Shown: positions 27,815-40,799, counted from the first letter of the stretch. The stretch is 64,000 bases of DNA from the human T2T-CHM13v2.0 reference genome, Homo sapiens (GCF_009914755.1 NC_060939.1), one strand, 5' to 3'. Notes: generated from the letters alone by a model not told the origin. Translations and numbers: made by a program.

Positions 27815-29950
27815 CAATTCATTCATTGAACAAATTATCGATCACCATGTAGGTATTGCTAGACAGTGTTTTGTGTATTGGGGATACTGAAGTAAACCCA
27901 ACAGATAAAAATGTCTGCATTCAAGGAAGTTAATTTTCAATGGAGGAGATAAACGATGCATGGATAAATATATCTAAAATATAGCATTTATATATTTTAT
28001 ATGCCCATATATATTTTATATATAGATGTGTGCAAAAAGAAAAAAGAGGAGATATGAAATGGTATATGGGGCTGAACTTTACATGGAGTGGCCTGGTAAA
28101 GCTTTTCTATGTAGATACCTTCTGAGAAAAAGACTTGAAGGAAGTGAGACAGCAAGCCAGGCAGAAATCTGAGGAAGATTGTTCTAGGCAGAGAGAACAG
28201 TAAGTGCAAAAGCTCTGAGACAAGAGAATGGGTAGTATACTTGAAAATTAGCAGGGAGGCTATTCAGTCTGAATCATTACAAGGATCACTCTGGCTGCCA
28301 TGCCGAGAGTGTCTTAGTCTGTTCATGCTGCTATACTGGGTGGCTTATAAACAACAGAAATTTATTTCTCACAGTTCTGGAGGCTAAGAAGTCCAAGATC
28401 AAGGCATCAGCAAATTCAGTGTCTGGTGAGGGCCCATTTTCTTGTTCATAGGCCGAGCCTTCTGTTTGTCCTTACATGGTGAGAGAGGCGGTAAAGCTCT
28501 CTGGGATTTTTAAAATTGCAATAATCTCATTTTTGAGGGCTATACCCTCATAACCTAATTACCTCCCAAACACCCCACCTCTTGATACCATCACCTAAAG
28601 GGTTAGGATTTCAACATAAGGATTTTGGCGGAACATGAACATTCAGAGCAGAGTAGGAAGAAACTCAGGGTGGGTAGGGAAGGCATAAGTAGGTAGACCA
28701 CTTAGGAGACTGCTTCAATTACTTCAGGAAGAGAGGATAGGGTCCTGTGCCTAGGTGGAGAAGGTGACCTTGACTAAGAGCACAAAGAACTTGTCTGTAA
28801 GAACAGGAAAGGTGTGGATAGGTGGGAAGAGATGGTAGTCACAGGATATGAAAGTTCTCTTTTGATTGTTTACCAAATGTCAGTCACATTAGACTGCGTA
28901 AGTGCAAGCATACAGTGATCATCTGATTGAGTTTAAGGAGGGTTATGATTCCACCAGGAAAGTTCACCAAGATAAAAAGGAGCTGGGAAAATATTACAAT
29001 GATCCTCTATGGAATTTAAGCTGGAAAGGAGAGAAGAGGGAAGAGAGGATTTCATGAGAGAGCTATGTCTCAGAGACACAGAGAGTGAATTTCAGGTCCT
29101 TGTGGGATTTTAGAATTGTAGGAGTTAGGGTGTTAGAAGGAGTGATCAGGAAAAATAAGAGATCATGTTCATAGAAGAGAATATTTAAAATTGAGATTTT
29201 TGCAAGGAGTGCAGTTATTGATCACCACAAAGTCAAGTGTTTGACTGTGGAAGTGAGTGGCTCAAGAAGGATGGCTGATGAAATCTCTAAAAGCAAAGTA
29301 GTCCAGAAACTGAGAAACAGGATATTGGAAGGATCATGCCATTGGATATGAAAATGGCCAAAAATTAAATAAGGATAGTATTAGAGAAAGTGATAATGAG
29401 CCATATGCTAAAATCTCCAATGAATGGAGGGGGAATGAACTGGAGGATGGTGGAGGAAGCACCAACAAGAGAAGGGGAGTATAGCCTGATGCCATGAAAG
29501 AGAAAGCTGGAGTTTTATTGAGGAAGAAGGACAAAAGGCCTGGACACAGTAATGAAGAACATGGAGGACACCTACTATACTTTTATGCTCCTTGGTAAGA
29601 GGGATCTAGGAGAGTAAAAGCTATCTCTTGAAAGGGCTTTAGTGGAATGGGCGTTATCTGGAAAGTCAGATTTCAACTAGTGCAAAAAGGTGAAAGAGAA
29701 GTTTCCATAGGAAGTAGAGAATAAACAGATTTACTGATGATTGACCTCAAGTCCCAGAGGATTCAGTGAAAGACTTTCAGGAAGTATGAGGCCAAGATCA
29801 GAACAAGTAGTGAACAAAGCCACATGAGGATTAGAGAAGAGGAGATAAAAGATGACCTGGAAGTGCTGGGCTGATGTGGTGACTGATCTGCCATGGTGCA
29901 ATAATAGCTGGTCTGCTGGTCCAGGGCAGGTGGTGGTGGTGAGGCTATGA
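27815..29950 (-). mobile_element. Long degraded L2, interrupted by an MLT1A LTR
   Basis: attcattcattgaacaaa 3' tail; ttctaggcagagagaacagtaagtgcaaaagctctgag; ggatcactctggctgc; purine-rich ORF2-like relic further right. Confidence 0.65.
28310..28650 (-). mobile_element. MLT1A0-like solo LTR
   Basis: tgtcttagtctgtt...ctgggtggcttataaacaacagaaatttatttctcacagttctggaggc. Confidence 0.85.
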
Positions 29951-31234
29951 GCATTGAGAGGGAAGAGAGTTATATGCAAGTTTTGGGGGTGAGACGGACC
30001 TTTCCAAGAACATGAAGAGCTGTCAGGTGGTGATTGACTGTTGCTGAGGAGACTGTTATCCTTCAGAAGGGTGATGTGCTCAGAACACACAGATACCCTC
30101 TTAAGTTGAGCCAAACAGTGGCCTTCAGCTTGGTGGTCTTACACTGAATGGGCTGGTTCCCTCTGAGTTCATCATTACAGAGCCCAATAGCTCAATTTTA
30201 ATCAGAGGATACCTTTGCCTTCCTTCAACAGTAGAACATTGTATTATTGGGCTTGTCATATACAGACTAACTGTGAAACTGATTTTCGTCATTTAAAGCA
30301 TTCTTTTGTGATCTTTGCTGTTTCTCCCCTCAACCTATTTATAAACCTTTCTTCCCCCTCCCCTAATTTTCTCTCCTAACCTATTCTACTCCTTGATGCT
30401 GTGAATGAATGAATAAATGTATGTCCATTGCCTCCAATGTCTCTGGAAATACTGCCTTCTCCCCCTCTGTGCATGCTAGTTGCCCCATAGTTTTGCCCAT
30501 CTTCTATTTTGTGCATTCTGAGCTGTGTGAAGGTATGTGCATTGCAAGTCCTAGTGGCCCTCTCCATTGTTTGTCCTGATATTCTGCCTTTGCTGAACTG
30601 ATGTGAGAACTGTTGTTGAGTCATAAGTGACTGTTAACTTTTCCTCTTTTTATCTAAAACAATTCTAAAACCAACATCTTTTTGGGAAGGATGATAATAT
30701 TCATATAGTTTTTGGAGGCACTACCTATGATCAGTCATTCTATGGGACTATAATAAAATGCAAGTTGTAATGAAATCTAAGGCCTCAGGCCCACTGTCTC
30801 CAAAAAGTAATTTTCTGTTTGTGACCTTAGGGGCAGCTATTCAGTTCTCTAGAACAAAAAAATGTACATATGAAGTAGATATGAATAGAATTACGATCAC
30901 AATTAGTGACATAGACCATCAGTACCATTGGGGTTATCATGAAGCATAAAATTGCTATTTCTCTTCTTATCTTACAATGTAGAGATATTGCAAGGATTTT
31001 AAAGTCTAATATGTTTGGACTTTTTATTGAAAGTAGATGATACGAGTCAGTGAAGAACACATGATTTAGGTAAATGAACTTTTCTTAACAGTTAAAATTA
31101 TTCACTTTTCATCCTCACCTGTACCATTGGTTATTTCTTTATTGACATTCCAAGACAAGATTCAGTCCCCTTGTTATACTCCTCATTCTCCCTTAGGTTC
31201 TCAATCTCAGGTTCTCACCACCTGCAGTTTCTGA

Positions 31235-31460
31235 GGCAGTGCCATATAGAGTAAGAGCATTGGATATGACAAGAAAGGACTGGGACTGGTGTCTGGCTTT
31301 GCTACTTACCAGCTATACAATGCTGAAGACATCAGTGAAGTGCTATTATCCTCTATTTTCTTATCACAGGGTTGCTATGTTTAACTACCCTCATGTATTT
31401 GAAAGTGCTCAGCACTTATGAAGAGTAGTTCCTAAATAAATATGCACTAATAATTTATGT
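31235..31460 (+). mobile_element. MIR SINE
   Basis: gtaagagcattgga...ggctttgctacttaccagcta...gaaagtgctcagcac. Confidence 0.6.
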
Positions 31461-31984
31461 TTATCATCTACTCCTTGGTTTTGGCTTCAGGTGATAGATT
31501 AATTTTAATGCTTTGTTTTTGATGCTTCCTGTTTCTCTGGCATCTGCAACTGTTCATTCCAGTTTTCTGCTTAAGGATTTTTTTGCCTTTACTTTCCACT
31601 TGACTGATGAGTGTGTACCATATGAGATTAGATTTGTGGTTGGGATGGGGAGGTATTAGGAGACTCTCTTTTAGATAAGGGGGGATCAGAAGTAAAGGTG
31701 CCAATGACATGTATGACAAAAACTAAATATTTATGAGGTTGAAGGGAAAGATGAGATGATGGGAACCTGAGTGTCAGTTGATGGTAAGAAGTTATCATAA
31801 AGTTAACCTCTAGCAATGTCCATAGTGTGTAGGACTACAAACAGTAAAATAACATTTGACTGTCTTTTCTAGAATCTATAAATAATCAATTTAATAAAAT
31901 AAAATTCTATTGTCTCCACGTAATTATAGATATGTAACTTCATAGTGTGTAATTTTGATTTCTTCACACATCTTCCTTAGCACA

Positions 31985-32140
31985 CAGAGCACAGAATGTT
32001 TAAGAACTAGGAAGACCGAAACTATTCAGCAAGAACTAAGAACCACAATGTTAAGGGGGTCCATTGTTTATTTTTTTTTCTTTAGAGGATGAAAACCAAA
32101 GGTCAGGTGATTTAATTTAAAATTAACACTCTTATTTTTT
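31985..32140. promoter_or_regulatory. Motif-dense candidate enhancer abutting the GGAA microsatellite
   Basis: AGCACAgaaTGTTTA, ACCGAAACT, ACCACA, inverted ACAATG/CATTGT, TGTTTAT, AAAGGTCA, CAGGTG, TGATTTAAT. Confidence 0.35.
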
Positions 32141-32207
32141 GCCCGCCCGCCTGCCTGCCTTCCTTCCTTCCTTCCTTCCTTCCTTCCTTCCTTCCTTCCT
32201 TCCTTCC
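32141..32207 (-). repeat. Compound STR: (GGAA)12 followed by GGCA/GGCG units on the - strand
   Basis: + strand reads (GCCC)2(GCCT)3, then uninterrupted (TTCC)12 at 32160-32207. Confidence 0.97.
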
Positions 32208-33763
32208 ATTTTCTTATAACTGCATATTGTTGGAGTCTTTAGTCAGGTATCATTGAATTAAAAACCAAACCTAGTAATCATCATCTTTAAGTGATGAAGT
32301 ATGTACAATGAAACTCCAAACAGTAGAGACAGTTAAAACAGATAAGTTTCCAAGCTCAGTTTCTTGATTGATACTACCTTTTCAAAACAGTTGGGTATTC
32401 CATGTCATTTAAATGGCAAAAAGAAAAAGAGAATATATTCTGCCTGACTGTGTCTCTTTGGTCATCTTTTCACACTCCATTAGAGGCTTTATCCAACTTT
32501 TGTATTCAGACTTCATTGTATTTTTCTGGTGCTAGAAGAAACTTCAATGAGGACATGATGAATGTCCATATTAAATTAGATTCCCCTCCCCTTTCAATTA
32601 AGTTCATTTAAATTTAATTTTGTAATCTTACTTCAGTAAACCATTTGACTCCAGATGTTGGATGTACTTTTTCTTATTTCTGCTTCCACATAATCATACC
32701 TGTAAAAGATTTATCACTGCAAGAGGCATTTTGGAACCTTTCAGAGCATTTTTGGCATATGTTTCACGGATGACTGGTTAACATGAGCAATTAACATCCT
32801 AAAATGTTCTTATGCTCTCCAGAATATTTTTAATGGGATGTTATTTTTATTAGCCTGAACTTTAAACAAATAATCATCTTAAAGGAAACATTATCATCAA
32901 AACAACTCAGTTGCAACAGAAACCCAACCCTAAAGGAAATTGGTAAGAGTGAGGAGAAAAAAAGACCTTTGGGCTAAAACAACCTTTAACAAAGATATAT
33001 AACTGAAAGGCAAGGCTTGGCCTTTTGCTAAAATAAGAGTTATAAGCAGAGTTCCTGTTTCTTCCGAATGACTCTGAGTCACTTCTCTGTGTGCTGTAAT
33101 GCATATATTATAAAGTGATGGGCCACACCTCTTATGCTTAGGGAACATTTAACTCTGGCTTTTGGTGATAGAACATTCAGATCAATCAGAACAACCCAAG
33201 CACTACCTGCTTTGCACACCAAAAATAGAGACTCACACAAGTGTATTTGAGAAACTATAGCTGCCTTGGAGCCTAGAATTCAGACTTACTCCATTGATAA
33301 ATGATCTTCACCATCAGCCCCTATCAGGCATTCTTAGCCACATAAAAGATTGCTAGTAAATAGCCTTTCTTGTTCTTAGAATTATTTGAATGCTTACAGT
33401 TGTTCTGAATCTGCCTTCTTGCTTTCTTAAGTCAAAGCTTATTTAATAACATACTTGATAGCCCTCCTGGGACCTTGTCTAATGAAACTCCTAGTTCTCA
33501 TCAAAGAAACATAGACTACAATTCAACCTTTAGATGACATACTAAAGAAAAACAGCAACTACAAATACATAGGATAAAGAAATCATTTTTTTTTTCCTCA
33601 AGTGAAAAATTGTACTTCATGTTTTGGATATACAATAATGTGTCTTGATGTACATGAAATATTCACCACTACAGTAAACAAGTTAGAGTATGGATTTTTC
33701 CTCATACTTAAGGGACCCAGTAAGCAAGCTCTAATTTTATTCTTTTACAGTCTTGTTTTGCAG

Positions 33764-33769
33764 GGACAG
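33764..33769 (+). other. Candidate 6-nt microexon GGACAG (19 nt if the AG at 33749-33750 is used)
   Basis: ctctaat branch motif, T-rich tract, ttttgcag|GGACAG|gtatgt. Confidence 0.3.
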
Positions 33770-34686
33770 GTATGTGTCTGTGCCTTGGTGGTGGGGTTTG
33801 TCTAAAACCCACCAGAGTTTAGCATTTACTGTTTCCAAGTGCTTTTCTTGCTCAAAGTACTAAATAATACTAAAATCATTTAAAGATGACAGTTACCATT
33901 GCAACCAGGCATAATTTGTTTGTCCATAATTGACAGACAAAGAACTCACGTTTTCTGCTTATATCTAATATAACAAAAGCTCAGAGAATGATTCTGTGAG
34001 TCATGGAATTTTGCAACTTTATTAAATTTTAAATAGGAAATCAGTGAAGGCCTAGAGATGAAAAATATCTGAAGCAGCAAATGGCATGTATAGAATTAAT
34101 AAATTGTCATGCTACTCAGTGTATTTGTTTAGAGAGTAGCTATGCTAACTAGGAAAGTGCACTCGAAACATCCTCTGATTAGAAGACTACCTAGTGACTA
34201 TTTGCCAATACCTCTAATTCCTGCTGGTAATCGAAAATAGATGTCTAACATGGAAATTTAAAGAGAAGGATTGAGAATATATACAGAGCCGTAAGATATT
34301 GCATACATTTCATGAAATAAGAAAAAAAAAAGAAAATTAGTTTTGAAAAGAAAAAATTAATTGTGCTTTCAATTGCTTCTATAGATCAGTTATGATGAAA
34401 TAAAACAGATTTTAATGAAATAAACATTTTGTCTACCATAAGTGTCAGTCAAATTAGAGCCTATCGGTTTGTAATAACTTGGAAAGTAAGTTCAGAATAA
34501 ATATCTGAGACATTGTCTCTATCCTAGAGTTATTTTTTAATGTATTTATTCATCCATTCATCCCCCAACAATGTAATGAATATCCTTGGTGCAAAGCAAG
34601 TGGTAGAGCGTCAGAAATCTGAAAATAAAAATCAGAGCTAGGTCCTACTGATGTAGGTAGAATAAGTTTGAATAAGATATATGAAT

Positions 34687-35442
34687 TGTGGGGGCAAAGG
34701 GAATTTTTCCCTTCCACTTCTGAAGGTTCAAGTCTTCTGAGATAAACTGACAATAGATTAACAGGAGCAAAAGCATACAAATTGATTAATGTGAACGTGT
34801 GCATGGGAGTCATACAAAATATGAGACTCAAAAGGGCCAGTTGGTTGAGGCTTACATAGCCTCTTAATCTGGGAGAGGGAGGTGGGAGATGCAGGCAATT
34901 TTGAAGGGTAGTAAATGATTTTTAGGGGAGTCAAATGAGCCCCAAAAGCAGAAAATGGTCTGGGACAAGGTTCCTCTGAGCTCTGGAGGTGATGGCAACC
35001 AGTTTTGGAAAGGTGAGGGGTGAAACTGCACTGTGAACTTGTCTTATTATGCAGATAAAGTTTTCCAGGCCATCTCCCGGAGCTTCCCTCAGAGGAATCA
35101 TTGAAAAGTCTGTCATATTGTGGTGATGACTTTTAGTCTTTTCTCTTCTCTGGTGGGTAATCCTTCCCTGGTTATTTAGTGAAATTCTTAATGAGGAAGT
35201 TTCAAGACAATTACATTATTTTGGGGGAGGAAAAAGTTTCCTCAGCGAGATAGGGGAGCTTTTCGAGTGATCCCCTATCTGCAGTTGGTGAGTGAGAAGA
35301 GAAACCTGAGACAGAAAGTCCCTGATTCTGAGGCTGCCTCTAAGACCTTTTAATTAATTATTTATTTTTATTTATTTTTAGTTCTAAGTGCTCAGCAAGC
35401 CAAAGCACCATACTTTGGGGTATTGCTTTCTGACCCCCAACA
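34687..35442 (-). mobile_element. MER39-like ERV1 solo LTR
   Basis: Reverse complement begins tgttgggggtcagaaagcaataccccaaagtatggtgctttggc; TG...CA termini; 4-bp TSD GAAT at 34683-34686 and 35443-35446. Confidence 0.8.
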
Positions 35443-35644
35443 GAATCCTATGTTTGATCCATGTTGGCCTACAAGGCTAATGGGCTAATCAAGGACACCC
35501 TCAAAAGGAACATTAATTCCTTGTACTGTGCTTTAGCTTTTTTACCCCTTGGAATAATACTGCTGTGGTTTTATATGCCACACCTTCTTCTTAAATGCAA
35601 CTGAAATTTGTTTCACTGTGCCTAAATGGTATTTAAGATACTTT

Positions 35645-35748
35645 CTTTTTTTTTTTTTTTTGAGACAGAGTTTCACTCTGTTACCCGGGCTGGAGTGCGG
35701 TGGCATGATATCAGCTCACTGCAACCTCCGCCTCCCAGGTTCAAGCGA
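35645..35748 (-). mobile_element. Severely 5'-truncated Alu (3' ~100 bp)
   Basis: Poly(T)-gagacagagtttcactc...ggttcaagcga, then non-Alu sequence. Confidence 0.9.
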
Positions 35749-36139
35749 GGTAAAGCGAGGTAAAGGTACCTTTTCCTCCATTTTCAAATTTTCACAGAAT
35801 CTGGGGACACTTTTAGGACTGGAAACAAATTTATTCTCTTCCATTTATGATCTAAAGTCTCCCTTCTAATTTTCCAGCCTAATAAACACCTGTTCTAATT
35901 ACTTTTAATCATTTTCTGCTGGAGATTTTGTGTGTGTATTGGCTATAGGCAGGTGTTTTGTAATAATTAGGGGAAATAGCCTGTAAGACACTCCTTAGTT
36001 ATGCTCTATATACTAATAAATGCTACTTTTTCTATTTGTCTCATGTCTTGAAAGCCTTTTGTGTGAATTTTTGATAGGTTTCCAAATTCTACAAAAATAT
36101 ACACATGGATTTTGTATTACTTAGGATCTTAGTGCAAGA

Positions 36140-36277
36140 GTTTTTTTAATTTATGTTTTTAGAGATGAGATCTCACTATGTTGCCCAGGCTACCTTTGAA
36201 TGCCTAGGTTCAAGCGATACTCTTGCCTTAGCTTCATGTGGCTGGTACTACAGGCATGTACCACCATGCATGGCTTT
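36140..36277 (-). mobile_element. FLAM/Alu monomer
   Basis: agagatgagatctcactatgttgcccaggc...caggcatgtaccaccatgcatggc. Confidence 0.8.
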
Positions 36278-37549
36278 GGTGCTAGAGTTTTGTTATTTTG
36301 TTCTGTTTTATTTGATATTGTTGTCTAATGGGTCCTCGTTTTATCACAAGAACCTGCAGAGCTTCTGATGCAGAGCAAAACAGAATAGTTTTGATCATCA
36401 GTACCCTGCAGGCAAGTATTAGGATTAATTGAATCACCTGTCTTCTAGTCCGACATTGTGGGGTACGTGAGGATGCGGTCTTTATATAGGGAAGGATAGG
36501 GCCTTAGAACCATTGCTAGTAAAATCTTTTGTCCCAAGAGCTGCTAGTTTAAAAGCACAGGAATACAGAAGGAAAGATTTGAAGATAGATTTTGGTCTTT
36601 TATTTACATTTTCATTATCATATAATAGCACATCCCTGATGCGTACTCCCTACAGGGTATAGAAACTCAAACTCTTTCTCTCACACACATACATATATAA
36701 TACCAAATATTTTTCCCCCAAGTAAAGCCCAATGCTAGAAAGGACTAGTTTTGAATATGTTTTATAATATCCTAAGGGCTGCTGTGAATTTTTATTCTTG
36801 TTACAATTGTGGTAATGAACTGTATAAATTACACAGTTTTTGTCTGCCAGATGCAAGTCATAAATCTGAAGAGAATATTTTCTGTTAAAAAGACATAATG
36901 ATCATTTTACTGATAGAGTTTAAATGGTAGAAATCACATGCTTCTTTATATGGGTTAAACTATTGTAAAAAGGAATGAATAAGTCAGGTACCAAATGCAA
37001 TTTCAAACACCAGTAGGGTGTTATAAGACGTATTTGCATTTTCTTTTGTGATTGTATTGAAGTAAGGTTCATTTACAGTGATAGCATCATTTAATTTCAT
37101 TTAAAGACATGACATTGCAAGTATCCATAATATGAACAACTTTAATGGGGAGAAAGGAGGCACTGATGGAGATCAGCATTGCCCATCCTGTGTGTTCTAG
37201 GACACAAACTGCAGAAGGTGTTGATCAATAGAGTGATCCCTTGGTCACATAAGTTTGAGAAACACTGCACACAAACCTGCTGTATAGTGCATACTCCACA
37301 GCCACTAGGTCTGGGAGATGCTATGCACTCATGTACAGTCACAGCATGCAACCATGCACAGCAGCAGGTTAAATGCGCTGAGAAATATTACATTTTAACA
37401 TGTTTTAGCTTATTACACTCCTTTTCATTCTGTCACATTTTATAACAGCCCATGGAATTATGATTCAGTGGAAAATTCTTTGGAAAATCTTGATCTCAGA
37501 AATACTATCTTTTATATCTTAAATGAATTTATTTCAAAAAAGAAATGTA

Positions 37550-37770
37550 CACTTGGGAAAGGTCACTGGGTGTGACATTACAAATATTTGCTAAATATGT
37601 GACCTTGGGGATACCATTTAAACTTGCTGTGAAGTGGAAATAATGTTATCTTCTCTAACTCACAGTGAGTCATTGAATCCAAAGTCTAAAAGAGATAGTG
37701 CTTTTATAAGCCTTTTGTAATCCATGAAGCACTCTCATTTGTGGTATTTATCCTTATCGTTATTGTTATT
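37550..37770 (+). mobile_element. Degenerate MIR
   Basis: atgtgaccttggggataccatttaaac. Confidence 0.5.
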
Positions 37771-38457
37771 AACTTTAAGAGTTCTGCCCCAGAAGTAGTG
37801 AAGAAATTCTTATTTATCCTATTGGAACCCTTCTTGATTTCCTAAACTCCCTTACCAAAGTTCTCTTACTCTCTCTTTCTCTGAGGAGCCTGAGAAATTG
37901 TATATTCTTCTTAGGGAAAAGATAAATAGAATGGGGTATACGAAACAAGATAATCTAATAAATTTCTTTCAGACAAATTACTTTGAAATAGCTCACCAGA
38001 AAATGTGCAAGATTTAGGTGTTTCATCATGTTATGCAAGAGATCTATGCTTAAAAAATGTAAAAAAAGAGAGAAGAAGCTGAACATTATTAATAACAACA
38101 ATATATAGATAAATTTAGGTGTAAAATGGTCCATCTACCTGCTCATATTGCAATAGAGGCAAAGATAAATAAATCAACCACTGAGAATTTATTTAGCACA
38201 TATTATATACCCAGCACCACGACATATAAAGAGAAAAGAATAATGAGTTTATGTTGATCAAAGGTTTTACAAGCCCATTGTAGGGCTAATATGAACACGT
38301 AGTGTAAATATACATCAATCAACTCCAGCTTTGCAGAAGACCAGAGTATTTTTAATTATAACCATGTACTGCAGTTCCAAGAACAAAAGAAGTTCTAAGG
38401 ATGGAGAGGTAAAAAAGTATTTAGGCGCAGATCTACCCTTAAAAGTGGGTAAAATGG

Positions 38458-38799
<342 letters not shown>

Positions 38800-38865
38800 T
38801 TACGTACCTTGTGTATTGTCAATACTCAGGTACTCAATACAAATGTGTTATGTAATTGGATAAAT

Positions 38866-39025
38866 AGAAAAGAAAAGAAGTGGAAAGAAGGAAGGGAAGA
38901 GGAGGAAGAGAGGGAGGGAGGAAAGAAGCAAGGAAGGGCCGAAAGAAGGAGGGAGGAAAGAAGAAAGGGAGGGAGGGAGGAAGGAATGAAGGAAGGAAGG
39001 AAGGAAAAGGACAGGAGGAAAGGAA
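38866..39025 (+). repeat. GA-rich polypurine tract with short GGAA runs
   Basis: Read directly; contains ggaaggaaggaaggaa near 38990-39006. Confidence 0.9.
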
Positions 39026-39189
39026 ATTCCAGTAAAATAGGGCATCCCACTAAGACCACAGCAAGTACTAGTGAGTGTAAGGCTTCCTGAGAAGAGAGGT
39101 GTGTGAGTTGCCTGCCCAACACCCAGATGCAGGTACCTAGAGGGAATAACGATACCATGCAGAGAGCACCAGAGTTATCATTAGAAGTT

Positions 39190-39370
39190 ATAGGCTGGCC
39201 AACTCCTGGCTCTGCTGCTTACTACCTGTGTGACCTCAGATAAGTTGCTTAAATTTTCCGAGTCCTCTTATACAATGAGGTGCTTTCTTTTTAGCATTCT
39301 TGTAAGAATTAAAAAAGGTTTGGGAAGTTAGTAAAATGTTAGGCAGCTGTGAGATAACATTGTTATTACA
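39190..39370 (+). mobile_element. MIR SINE
   Basis: cctggctctgctgcttactacctgtgtgacctcagataagttgcttaa. Confidence 0.75.
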
Positions 39371-40799
39371 TATGGAAATGAGATGAAGCTCCAAGAGGTC
39401 ATGAAGTAAGGAATCTAGCCATTCTTTCAAAAATCTGGAGTAAATTGCTAAGAGGGATTTTATCTGACTTAGGTTTGCAATATCTTTGAGCGTATTGTGT
39501 TATCACCCTATTGCATATTTGGTGGTAAGGCAACAGAACACCAACAAAATTATGCATTGACCATAAGCACTTGGCTCTCCAGCCACCAACTGCCTGGGAA
39601 GGAATGCAGTGGGGCAGATGGTATTTTTCTGAATCAACTATTATTATATAGTGTGGTTAAGGCCACTGTGCTCTGTCCTGTCAAAGTCCACTGATGATTA
39701 AAATGGTTCAAGAGTATTTAAAGATAATATATATATTTTTTAAAAAATGTCTGTTCTTGTCTGTGGGAGTTTTGAAGTTTTCAGAGTTTTTGTGATCAAC
39801 TTAGTTGACCTTCTTCAATGACTAGAAAATTACAGTTTGGGGACCTCAGTAGCAACTGAGTGGCCACCTGTGAAAAGTTTCTCTTACCTTCTTGCACCTT
39901 TAAATGATGTAACACAGACCAAGCATCTTATATGTTGGTTTGGAGTTCATCCACTATAAGGCACCAATACAACTACATCTGAAAGTAAGAGGCTCTTCCT
40001 ATGTGCTTTCCAACCTGATTCAGCAGTGATTCCCTTGAGTACTCAGAGGTACCAGAACTTTCTCAGAGTGAGGGAAAATAATAAAAATGCAGTATGCCAG
40101 CCACTCTTGGACTTTAGCATTAATTCCTTACACATCCTTCTTTTTTTCCCACTTCACATCATTCCCCCAAAAATCTCCTCCTTAGTAGGGAAAACCATTT
40201 TCCCTGCTGTAGAGAAAAAAAGAGAATTCCTTTTTGTTAGCATAGGAATCTACCACAAAGGAGGAGGGAAACACTCCTGTTTTTCCTTGGGGACCATTTT
40301 TATTTGCATGGTTGCTGCAAACTCTGTCCCTTTCTTGATGTGGGTTTGCCTTTTGTCTGTGATCATCCAGGGAGTTTTTTTTTCCTTCTTTGGCATCTTA
40401 TCAGACTGGGGGCAGGTCTGGGAAAAATAATTGTGCTTCCTCAAAAATAAAATATATATTTTTTACTCAGGTAGATGAAAGGGCAGAAACATAGGCACAG
40501 AGACAGGCTAATGTGGGCTGGGTCTCCTGGGTGGCAAGTCACATTGTTCAGTGTCTGCACCTGGAAATACTAAGACAGACCAGACAGACAGGAAGAAAAC
40601 TTGAAAAGTGACCAAAACGAAAGAGCATATGTTTCCTTTCAATGTTATAACTTGCCACCCTGCCCCCATTTCTACTCCATTCCCCCACAGGCCCAAGGTA
40701 ATGTCTCAAAGTCCAGGCGTCATCTCATGGAGAAACTACCAAGACCAAGTCAAATGCTACCACCCCTCCTCACTCTTTACCATCCCTCTACCATTTCAG

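Noticed and set aside
31604-32025. Hammerhead ribozyme (CTGATGA at ~31604, CGAAAC at 32017)
   Set aside because: The two core motifs are ~400 nt apart and I see no stems that would join them.
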